Source: Octopus vulgaris
Taxonomy: Eukaryota
Assembly (NCBI GenBank): GCA_951406725.2
Contig: OX597823.1
Location: 96,720,001-96,784,000 of the forward strand
Direction: 5' to 3'
DNA length: 64,000 bases
This document shows, piece after piece, positions 53,571 to 64,000 of the stretch. Numbering within the stretch: position 1 is the first letter of the stretch; the number at the start of each line of letters is the position of its first letter. The notes beneath the pieces are model-generated. The model was not told the DNA's origin. It searched no databases and saw only the letters and a list, made by a program, of their open reading frames with translations. The position numbers were made by a program, and so were the translations under genes.

Positions 53571-54663
53571 GGAATAAGCTGCATAAATTAACCACTAAAA
53601 TAGGATTAACTGAAATTGTTGTTTATAGCGAAGGATTATAATTAAAGCTTTAGTAATATTTGTCTAAAACATAGCCGCCAGACATCATACAAATCCAATT
53701 AAATTGCTATGTAATCATAGCTATAGAATTCAACCTTTCTTTTCTAATATTTGGTCTTATAAACTTTCCAAATTCTTGCGGATTGATCTACATCCTTCTG
53801 GTTTTACAATTGTTGTTTATAGCAAAAGATAATGACAAAAGATTTAGTAATTTTTTTTCCTGAAATATACCCGCCAGAGGGTATACAGATCCAATTAAAT
53901 TGCTGCTTAATCACAGCTATAGAATTCAACCATACTTTTCTAATATTTGGTTTCATGAATTTACTAAATTCTACCAACAAAATTTCTGTGAAATGGTCCA
54001 TATCCTTCAGGGTCTACAATTGCAACTGGGAACAATATATCAAACCAGCAGAGTTAATCATCTGTAATAAATTTTCACTGAACTTGCTTTACAATAGAGT
54101 TAAAGACCTTACCATTTCCTTTTGTTCCTTGGAATTTAGTCAAGGATAACATTGCTCTGCTCTGAGAGCAGTTGGGTTTACGATTAGAAATGTGAGCCCG
54201 TTTCTTTTCTTTTATTCTTTCTTTTGTTTATTTATTCTATCTTACTTTTAGTGTCCATTGCAAAGCTTCACTTAGCATCTGTTCTTGCCACTAGTGTCAT
54301 GTGATTGGTTGATTTCCTTGCTATCCACTGACAGTTTTGGCCTCTTTAAATGTCCATACTCACATATCATACACGCTTCCCTCTTGTCAGTCCAATTATA
54401 TATTTCTCAGGAAAAGTGATTTATATGGATGAGAACTTAAGAGTTAAATACCACTGTAAGATTTTAACCTATGATTTAATGCATATTTTGAAGTGAGTAA
54501 CGCTGATGTTTTTGACAGATAGGATTTTGTCTTAGCAAAATACAGAATACTGAAAGGGGAGGACATGAAAGCAAAATAGAAAACTGGTTGGCATCCATTC
54601 TGTGGTCAAAGCTCTTAGCCCTCAATGGTCTAATACACTTAACCTATAACACCTACATAGTCA

Positions 54664-54740
<77 letters not shown>

Positions 54741-54873
54741 AGAAATGTACTTATCGATATTTTTCACATTGTTTAATAGGAAGGTGTATACTTAATGTTA
54801 AAAAATTAGGTTTTCTTTATATATGTATATGTGTATATGTGTGTGTGTGTGTATATGTATATACATATATACC

Positions 54874-55182
54874 CAGTGGCGGACTGGGTCTAAAAATATT
54901 GGTTGCCAGTAAACTAAAGGGGCCCACCCGCAACTACAAGGGGGCCCACCTGCAACTACAGTGCTATCATTTAATTTCTTTTTTTTGTTAAAAGTATTCT
55001 TTCCAACTGTCTACAAACACAGCCAGGCTGAAATAATGTATTCTTCCAGGAGTGAATAAAAAATTCTCAAACTTGAGGGGATGGGCCCTTAGGTACTAAC
55101 ATGGGTCCCCATATATGGATTTTAATGGTGCAGGGTCCCACTTGCCATCGGGCAAGCTGGCAACCTGATCAGTCTGCCACTG
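54874..55182. mobile_element. hAT-type MITE
   Basis: TIR CAGTGGCGGACTG / CAGTCTGCCACTG; 8-bp TSD tatatacc / tatatatc. Confidence 0.8.
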
Positions 55183-55756
55183 TATATATCTCATCACTTC
55201 CACACACACACATTTGTAGTACATAGGCACACACATTATGAATGTGTTTTGGGGGGATATGATGAGCAGGAGAACCAAGAAGAGTGATGAATATTGTAGC
55301 CAGTGAGGGCAATGGCTTCAGAGATGACCTCAACGCTGGGAAAGACATGGCTGAAAACTGTTGTTGATATCTGGATGAGTCTGGAGAATGAGAGATGAAA
55401 GAGATGTAGTTGAAAGCCTGAGGAAAGTGGAAACTGAGTCAGAGTCAATGAAAGTTTTTGTTGCTGATATCCAAGTGAAAGGGATGAGTAATGGAAGAGT
55501 GAAATTATATATATGTACAGAGACCATCTTGATGAGTGAGGTCTGAGTCAAGTGCAGACTGGACAATAGAGATAGGCTATAAGGGGTGAGACATTTATTC
55601 CTTAGAGTGGATTAGGAAGTATGGCATACGTAATTGTTGTTGTTTAATCCTAAATCTGTTCTGATAAAGCAGATGAATCATAGCAGGATCAAAGATGATC
55701 CTTCTATGACCTAGTCACCCTGTCTAAATATACTGTATCTAGGATATATTTTCTGG

Positions 55757-56791
55757 GATCCAGACAAACCCCATCTAGGACAAAACCCTCCTGGGACAAA
55801 ACCCTCCTCAGACAAAACCTCTCTAGTTAAAGTGGGAAAGCAGTCTAAACCCCATCAATTATATTTTTGGGTTATATTTCAATTTTTCTTATTTTCTTAC
55901 TTGTTTCAATCATTAGACTGTGGCCATGCTGGGGCACTGCCTTGAGGAATTTTTAGTTGACTGTATCGACCCCAGAATTTTAAAATTTTCATTAGACTGT
56001 GGCCATGCTGGGGCACCGTCTTGAAGAATTTTTAGTCGTAGAAAAATCAGCATTCTAAAATTTACGTTTAAAGTCTTGTTTTCTTCTCTCTGCACTTAGA
56101 GATTAATTAGAATGAGCTGACCTTTTGAACTTTCTCTGGCTGATGAAGGTCTAATAGAATTATGGCACCGAAGGCTAGTCATTCAAACATATCTCCTATC
56201 GTTTCTATCTTTCTACACATTTTTTTGAAGAAATGCTGTTCCTTTCATTAGAATTCAGACAATACATACATTGAGTAGTAAAGAGTCTTGTGTTCTGTTA
56301 TTCTATTCTACTTATTTATTTTTGATTGAATATATTTTTATTTATTTAAAAATTTAAATTTTGGTAAAATTAAATTTTTTTTACAACTGCGATTTCCCTT
56401 TTTGTTTATGTGAAATTATGAAAAAAGAATTCAAGAGATTTGGCTGTTATTTCTAGCATGTGGAGAGACCTTCTAGGTTTGATTTCATGCGTTGGTTGAA
56501 AATCACCTAAAAAAATTCTGGGGTCGATACATTTAACTAAAAATTCTTCAAGGTAGTGCCACAGCATGGCCGCAGTCTAATAACTACAATAAGTAAAAAC
56601 AACAAAAAAAAAATTCTGGAGTCAATACATTCAGCTACAAATTTTTCAAGGCAGTTCCCCAGCATGGCCACAGTCTCTAAATCACTGAAACAAGCAAAAG
56701 AGAAAAAAAAATGAAAAAGAATGGAAAAATATAACCACTTTCACACTTTAACTAAGGGGGTTTTGTCCTAGGTGGGTTTTGTCTTACACTC
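55757..56791. mobile_element. Mutator-like fold-back element with long composite TIRs
   Basis: Subterminal GGACAAAACCC / GGGTTTTGTCC repeats, CTAGTTAAAGTG / CACTTTAACTA mirror, 9-bp flanks attttctgg / attttctag, G...C ends. Confidence 0.6.
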
Positions 56792-57334
56792 ATTTTCTAG
56801 TATGTACTCCCACTTTCAAGATGGTAGGGTTTGACTCGAAGGAGCTCAAGCTAGAAATAACAGTTAAATGTGGAGGATCTACATTCACGGCTATTTGAGA
56901 AGAGGAGACAGAAATGTCCAATATATTCTTTTACTCATCCACCCCCTCACACATCCAACCCCTCAGATCCTTTCGCTAATCCACTTTCTCCTTCAATTCT
57001 CTGCTCATTCCTGTCCTCACACTTTCACTCATCTACTTCCTCATAGTTTTGCATTGATCCGTTGCCTTTCACTTGTCCACTCCTCTATACTCGCCTTTTT
57101 TTCATTTTTTAAAATTTTCATTGCTTAATCAGAAAAGGGATGGGCAGTGCACACGGCCAGATTAAGCTCTGTGGAGATGGGGAAAAGAATTTCCTGCAGT
57201 TGGCTGTGACAAGTTTTGAGAGCTGTTTATGCTTTTGCGTTTGTCATGTACGTAGAATAAATGAATCAGTTTCTCAAGATAGGGTACTATGCGATTTTGT
57301 GGGAGATGGGACTTTAGAATGGAGTATAATCATC

Positions 57335-57505
57335 AACATCATTGTTTAACGTCCATTTTCCATGCTGGCATGGGTTGGACGATTTGACTGAGGACTGGCA
57401 AGCCAGGAGGCCTCACCAGGCTTCAATCTAATCTGGCAATGTTCTACAACTTGATGCCCCTCCTTAATGCCAACCACTCCGTGAGTGTAGTAGGTGTTTT
57501 TACGA
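57335..57505 (-). mobile_element. Family E 3' fragment
   Basis: catcattgtttaacgtccattttccatgctggcatgggttggacg. Confidence 0.75.
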
Positions 57506-57547
57506 TCTGATGAGTTTGCCAAACTACTGTTCAATATATATATATAT

Positions 57548-57596
<49 letters not shown>

Positions 57597-57724
57597 TTCT
57601 AGTGAAGGTTGGTTTATAGGATTACTCTGGGTTTTAATCCCATAAACCAGCCTTCCCCAGAAAAAATATAAACTGCTCTACATCTTAGAATGTGCTTCTT
57701 CTCTGGATTTATGTTTTCTACAAA

Positions 57725-58097
57725 TGGTGGCATGGTAAGAAGTTTGCCTCCCAACCACATGGTCCTGGGTTCAGCCCCGTTGCGTGGCATCTTGGGTAAG
57801 TGTCCCCTTTTATAGCCTTGTGAGTGAATTTGGTAGATGGAAACTGAAAGAAGCCTGTCATATGTATATATGAGTGTATGTATGTTTTTATGCCTGTGAT
57901 TGTACCCCATCACCATTTGAGAACCAGTATTGATGTGTTTTACGTCCCTATAGCTTAGAGGTTCAGCAAAAGGGACCAACTGAAAAGATACCAGGCTTAA
58001 AAAGAAAAACAAAAAAGAACTGGAATCAATTCATTTATCTAAAATTCCTCAAGGTGGTGTTCCAGCATGGCCACTCAAGTGACTGAAACAGTTAAAA
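57725..58097 (+). mobile_element. SINE family A, diverged
   Basis: ccaaccacatggtcctgggttcagccccgttgcgtggcatcttgg...gactgaaacagttaaaag. Confidence 0.75.
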
Positions 58098-58961
58098 GAT
58101 GTATATGTATGCATGCATGTATGTATCAAAAGGATGTGTTATAATACTATTCCACAGCCATACCAACAATCCAATATACCTCCATCATCAGCTGCCCCAC
58201 AGATATCATTATGGTTTTGACACCTGGGCAGTACCATTCAATCCGGCAATGTATGTATGTATGTATGTATGTAATATATGTATGTAATATATGTATGTAT
58301 GTAATATATGTATGTATGTATGCATGCATGCAAATCCACCCACTTTTTCCAATCCTCACTCTGTATTCTCTCTTATACCTACCTTCCTCTATCTTGAGAG
58401 TATGCCCTGACATCTCATCACCCCTATCATGGTCTTCTTTCCAGCTACTCCCACCCTTATATAATACAGGGTAGTCATGTATTTTCTTCTATAGCAAGAC
58501 ACCTGTCCTGCTCACTCTACCATGCTTTAGCCTCTCAACACCTGGCATGAAGCCACTTTCTTCTCTACTACAACCCCATTCAGTCCAGGGCTCTGTTTCT
58601 TTGTCTTGTGAGTTGGTGACATCACTAAAAAAGCACCCAGTAAACTCTGTAAAGTGGTTGGCAGTGAGATTGAACCTGAGACTATATGATTGAGAGGTAA
58701 ATTTTTCAAACACACAGCCATGTCTGCACCTTAAATTTTTAGATTGTGACCATGCTGGGGCAACATCTTTAAGAAATTTAGCCAAACAACTTGACCCCCA
58801 GGACTTATATTTTTAAAACCTGATACTTATTCTAGCAGTGTATTATGCCAAACCACTAAGTTACAGGGATGTAAACAATCTAACACTGGTTGTTAAGCAG
58901 TGCAGAGAGACAACACACACACACACACACACAGATATATGTATATATATATATATATATA

Positions 58962-59333
58962 CTAACAGTATCACCCGGCGTTGCTCGGGTTTGTAAGGGA
59001 AATAACTATATAAGCATTTTTAGAGAGTTATAGCCAAAAAATAGCAAAAAAATGGAAAAAAAATTATGGTAATTTTTTTAAAAAATCGTTGACTCATCGT
59101 AGACATTTTTAGAGAGTTACTTCCCTTATATAATAACGAAAAATGCATTAAAATGGAAAAAAATTATGGTAAATTTTTTTTTAAATCGTAGACTCATCGT
59201 AGACGCGCGCTAATACCCAGAAGGGCTCGATATGAATCACGACTATAAGTTAAACTGCACCGCAAAATGTGGGAGTAGTTAGGAATCTAAATTGTAGGAG
59301 ACAGACACACAACTTCACTTTTATATATAAAGA
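58962..59333 (-). mobile_element. Non-autonomous Helitron (second copy)
   Basis: Same termini and body as 32316-32707, with an internal duplication. Confidence 0.8.
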
Positions 59334-59347
59334 TATATATATATATA

Positions 59348-59705
59348 AAGGTAGATAAGGCCGGTCTATGAGATTACCCTGGGTTCACACCCATAAAACA
59401 ATTAGCTTTACAGCGTATCATCAGACCCCAAAGCACATGGGTAACCCAATCGTCAGGATTCCTCTCTTGACCTTGTAGTTCAAAGGAATGCAGAGCATTA
59501 CGTTTGGCACCAGCTTGGTTGCAGGAGCTGGCAGAAGAGTGTTGAGTTGAACACTAAACCGCCTACGGAGCTCCACTCCAGATTTCTTTGAAGGTTGTCT
59601 CCTTTCTGTAACCGGGTACTGTCAGCCGGAGCCAGCTGAGCCCGAGACTTGTGTCAGGCAGGGTCGTCAGTCCCTGAAGTAGTGAAGTAAATTGCTATCC
59701 ACTAC

Positions 59706-59707
<2 letters not shown>
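59348..59707 (+). mobile_element. TA-flanked element resembling an RTE-clade 5' UTR-derived sequence
   Basis: acgtttggcaccagcttggttgcaggag...aaccgcct...ctccactcc.gattt resembles RTE 5' UTR sequence as I recall it; short AGGTAG/CTACCT terminal mirror. Confidence 0.4.
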
Positions 59708-59760
<53 letters not shown>

Positions 59761-61839
59761 ATATATATATGACAAAGGAATAACGATTATCTTAAGAACT
59801 TCATTTGTTTAGAGATAAAGTTATCATCTATATATATGACAGGATTCTTTTAGTTTCCATCTGCCAAATCCATTCACAAGGCTTTGGTTAGCCCAAGGCT
59901 TTAGTAGAAAGCACTTGCCCAAGGTGCCACACAGTGGGACTGAACCCAGAACTATGTGGTTGGGAAAGCAAACTTTTTAATCATACAACCATGTCTGCAC
60001 CTTAATTATGTAAATTTGTTCAGCTACCAATAACTTTTTTCATTCATATTCATTTACATTCATTCAATCACATTCACTTGTACTCATTCACTCGAATATA
60101 TAGTCACCCCTTGCTCACTTGCACCCATTCACTTTTGCATCCTCCTTTACTGACTTGTACTCACTCACTCATTCACGTCCATCCCTCACACCCAGACTCC
60201 AGCTCTTTTGCATTAAAATTCCTTATAGCAGTCCATTTCCTTGCACTATAATATGATAGACCTTTTAGCTCCCGGCATGATAACATGGTATGGTGACTTG
60301 TTAAAACGTTTGACTGTATTTATAGTTTCTTAATCATTTAATGCTCATTGAACGTTTGTCAACAGGTAGTGGTGTGATGTGTAATGTGTGTGTTTGTGTG
60401 ATATGTACTTGGAAATTGCTGGCTCAAATTAGCAGTGGAAAATTCATTCTGAAATTAGAATTAATTTACTTGTCTAATTTTTTTGTTATTTAGCTCCAGG
60501 TTAGGGTGAGAGATTAGTAGAAGGATTGGTTAGAGCATTGGACAAAAATGTCTTGCAGTATTTTGTTTTGGATTGTTACCTTTTGTATTCAAATCTTGTC
60601 GAATTCAACCTTGCCTTTCAGTTTTTACCAGGGTCAATGGAATAACTTGTTAATCAAACGCTGGAGTTAATTAAATCAATTACCCAACACTAAAATTTGT
60701 TTGGTCTTGTACCTATGAAAGTAATCATTATTTAACTATTGTTCTGATCATGGTTAAAGACATTCCATACATGACTGTCCTGTCCTTCTCTTGGATATTA
60801 CACACAAAAGACTAAATGAGCCAAGGAGCATATCCCATTGCCTGATGGTTGGGTTTAATTTGAGGGAGATTTGGCTGCTATTTCTAGCATGTGGATCAAT
60901 CATATTGATACTCCATCATTAATTCATTGTACAAGTTATTGTTGTTGTTTAACCCCCAGATCAATCCTGATCAAGGAGACTTACATCAAAATCATGGCCA
61001 CCTTGTTTTATCTTTCAGACATAATGTTCATATTAAATTACTAGTTGTTTGTGTGTAGCAGGGATTTGAAATTGAATCTCTGAATAACTAGTCGGTCATC
61101 ACGACCAGGCCACAATAGTCTCGTGATCGATCTATAATGCAACCAACCAGCATCAAGCTATCGCATGATTCAATCTTCTAGAATCTTCTTGTGCACTATA
61201 AAAGACCACTTTTGGTGGTAATTAATTGCAGAATGTTGAAGCGGCAGTCAAGTGACATGTGTCTCCATCATCATGAATAAAAGACAGTTGTTTCCAGTTA
61301 TGTTGGGCAAGCCACATGTTGCCGTATCAATAGCTTGCTGTAAACTCCAAGCAGTACATTCCTCCCAGTATGTAGTCGTCTTTATGTGCAATAACCGAAT
61401 TATCTGTTAAAGTGTTTGTGAGCTTTGTTCAGTTACTTCTTCACGCAGCCCAACAAACAACATTATCAACCAGCTATCACAGCTGACAGCCATAACAGCA
61501 ACTCCCAAGCCTCAGATGTTTTCTTTCATGGCTACACAATGCACCATGGAACATACGTATAGGAATTTGTGGAGTGCGGGGTGTTTAACCAACATTGTGT
61601 GTTAAGACAAGAGTTAAAGAAGGAATAGTCATACACCCATTTCGATTCTTGTTGGAACTGTTATCAGTAACTATAAACCATCTTCACCAATTCGCAAACA
61701 GATTGCTTATCACACCCATTCATATTGAGTGTAAGAGTGAACAGGGTAGACCAATTTTAACTCTCTTCTGTTCGATCAAACATTAAATTATTGGTGTTGT
61801 GATAATGTTTTATTTCATTGCTATAATGCATTATAGAAC

Positions 61840-62381
61840 ATGGCGTCCGTGCTAGCGGGGTGCAAAGAGCACCATACGAGTGTGATCGTTGACAGAGCGG
61901 CTAACTGGCTTCCGTGCCAGGGGCACATAAAAGGGCATCATTCGAGTGTGATCGTTACCAGCGTCACCTTACCGGCACTTGTGCCCGTGCTAGTAGGGTG
62001 CCAAGAGCACCATCTGAGTGTGACCTTTGCCAGAGCAGCTATCTGCCTTTCGTGCCGGTGGCACGTAAAAGGGCACCATTCGAGCGTGATCGTTACCAAC
62101 GGCACCTTACTGGCACCTGTGCTGGTGGCATGTGTAAAGAAATTCGAGCAAGGTCATTACCAGTACCGTCTGACTGACCCTCGTGCCTGTGGCACGTAAA
62201 AAGCACCCACTACCCTCTCGGAGTGGTTGGCATTAGGAAGGGCATCCAGCTGTAGAAACTCTGCCAGATCAAGATTGAAGCCTGGTGCAGCCATCTGGTT
62301 CGCCAGCCCTCAGTCAAAATCGTCCAAGCCATGCTAGCATGGAAAGCGGACGTTAAACGATGATGATGATGATGATGATGA
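61840..62381 (+). mobile_element. Family E element with an expanded array of ~70 bp subrepeats
   Basis: About five GTGCC-N3-GGCAC-RTAAAA-GCACC-ATTCGAG.GTGATCGTT units before the standard (GAT)n-tailed 3' end. Confidence 0.8.
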
Positions 62382-63872
62382 TATATATTGGGTTTGTTTC
62401 AGCTAATTGTGTGTTGTGATGATTGTAAAGGCACAATGTTGACTAAAACAACCTATAGATGTGTTCTATGATACATTATATCGTTCATATAGCTGAGACT
62501 GAATCATACAATGTGTTCTTGGTGTTTTTTTAAAAAGATGTTAGGATGTGGTTCAAGTGAGCTTTTGCTGCTATTTCTAGCATATCAAGTGACCACATAG
62601 AGGCTCTTCGCTTTGATTTGGTTTTTACTGGGCAGCTTACATAATGAAAGCTACTGCTTTAGAAAGAAAGAAAGAAAGGAAGGAAGGAATTTTCTCAGTT
62701 GATTTCTCTCTTGCTGGATTACATATGTTTGTCTCAAATAATCTCTTGGTTAATTAACAATCAATTACTCATTGACCAATTAAACGGTGCTTATGTTGCA
62801 TGAAAGATAAAAATGCACGAAACAAAACAACAAAAATGCCGGTTCCTTAGTCTAAAAAAATGCTGTGTTATAACTTGTGTTTTCTGTATGAGAATTAATT
62901 GAAGGCGAGAACAACTATTTGTCCAAAAACGAGAATAGATTTACGCCAGACACGTACTTGTGTGTATTTCTATGCGTTTGTTCATGTGTGTACATTATGT
63001 AAATAAATGCGTGCATAAACAATTTTCTTTTGCTATGAGTTCTACGTCTATTTGTGGTGTCCTGTACTCACGTATATATATTTATATATACATGTAGATG
63101 TAGGTACGTACATATATGTATGCATATATTTTATTTATTACACTATATATATATATATATATAGCTGTCTGCAAGCCTCTCTGCTTTTCCCCCCTCTCTC
63201 CCTCTCCCAACTATTTCTCTCTCTTTCTTGTCTCTTTCTATTTTTTCTGTTTTTCTTCTGTCTTTCTCTCTCTACTTTTCTCATATCTATTTATTAATCT
63301 CTTTCTCCGCTTGACGATCTCTCTACTCTCTCTCCTATTTGTCTTTCTATCTGCTATTTATTTTCCTCATATCTCTCAGACTGTCTCTATCTCCGTTGTA
63401 CTTCTCTCTCTCTCTTTCTTTCTCTCTCTCTCTTTCTTTCTCTCTCTCTCTTTCTTTCTCTCTCTCTCTTTCTAATATTCATCTTACCTCCTCCTACTCC
63501 CCCTCACACCTCTTGACTTAAAACAGGTGTTGTCCATAAAAGTCCATAATGGCCTTATAAATTAATCTTAGATAATTAGGCACTGCTAATTATTATTATT
63601 CGTTCAGTGTAATTTCATGGCGTAATATTAAACAGCAAACAGTGCAACATGTACCCCCTCATACACATTCTCGTTTTATGATAGATTGCATTAAAAGAAC
63701 CTTGACTAATATTATCACAACGGTTTTATATTATTAATAACGACTCCCTTAAACCAGTCAACTGGAAAAAAAAAGTAAAAAAAAAATCAGTTATTTGGGT
63801 TAAGTCAGTACGGAAATGTAAATGGTAGTTCGTTTATTTATTTATACCTTGTATTTGTTTCAGTCATTAGAC

Positions 63873-64000
63873 CAGTGGTTTTCAACCTAGTTCCGCCAGT
63901 ACAGTCCAGGGGTTCCGCAAGAAGTTACAAAACTGCTAAAGTCGACAGTAATTTTTAATTCTCCTGTGCAGATATGTGTGCATAGGACAATTAAATTATT
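63873..64000 (+). mobile_element. Left end of a hAT-Charlie-like element running off the window
   Basis: CAGTGGTTTTCAACCT terminus preceded by cattagac (TCTAGA-like target) and GGGGTTCCGC subterminal motifs. Confidence 0.55.

Larger units (their letters stand above)
58730..60000 (-). mobile_element. SINE family A split by several nested insertions
   Basis: 3' half at 58730-58930 and 5' half at 59830-60000 flank a Helitron, an RTE-like fragment and a short TA-flanked insert. Confidence 0.7.

Noticed and set aside
55250-55600. Possible LINE endonuclease relic on the - strand (GYNIHHSSW)
   Set aside because: A single weak motif; cannot be supported without a search.
61088-61800. Possible Helitron 3' end and helicase remnant on the - strand
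   Set aside because: Only a short hairpin plus CTAG and a weak F.HG.L motif; not enough to call.
61840-62199. 119-aa ORF with repeated GHHSSVIVT, superficially CRISPR- or repeat-protein-like
   Set aside because: Tandem subrepeats of family E; the spacers are homologous to each other, the context is eukaryotic and there are no cas genes.
63170-63530. Long polypyrimidine tract followed by AACAG as acceptor of integrin exon 2
   Set aside because: The downstream sequence gives no VGAP motif and meets stops quickly; the tract is (TC)/(TTTC) microsatellite.

Overview
AT-rich, microsatellite- and SINE-saturated metazoan DNA; the repeat families look like those of octopus/coleoid cephalopods (inferred from recall, not searched). 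The only host coding sequence I can support is the first coding exon of an integrin alpha subunit (6556-6764, +). No exon 2 was recognised, so the rest is probably a >57 kb first intron. It holds at least five SINE-like families, Tc2-, hAT-, piggyBac- and Mutator-like MITEs, two non-autonomous Helitrons, LINE relics (R4/Dong-type, CR1/Jockey-type, RTE-like) and a tRNA-Gln pseudogene. The most striking signal is a set of short inserts inside (TA)n tracts. Some carry minimal hammerhead-ribozyme cores of the Penelope-like-element type. Others share a fold-back architecture: (TA)n, inverted tail-less arm, short loop, sense arm plus unique tail, (TA)n. One fold-back contains the 3' half of U6 snRNA joined after five Ts to sequence resembling the post-cleavage end of the hammerhead elements, suggesting a TA-targeting, ribozyme-linked retroposition system that also captures snRNA. 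Almost all ORFs in the supplied track are microsatellite or SINE artefacts. Repeat boundaries were set by eye and are approximate unless termini are quoted.
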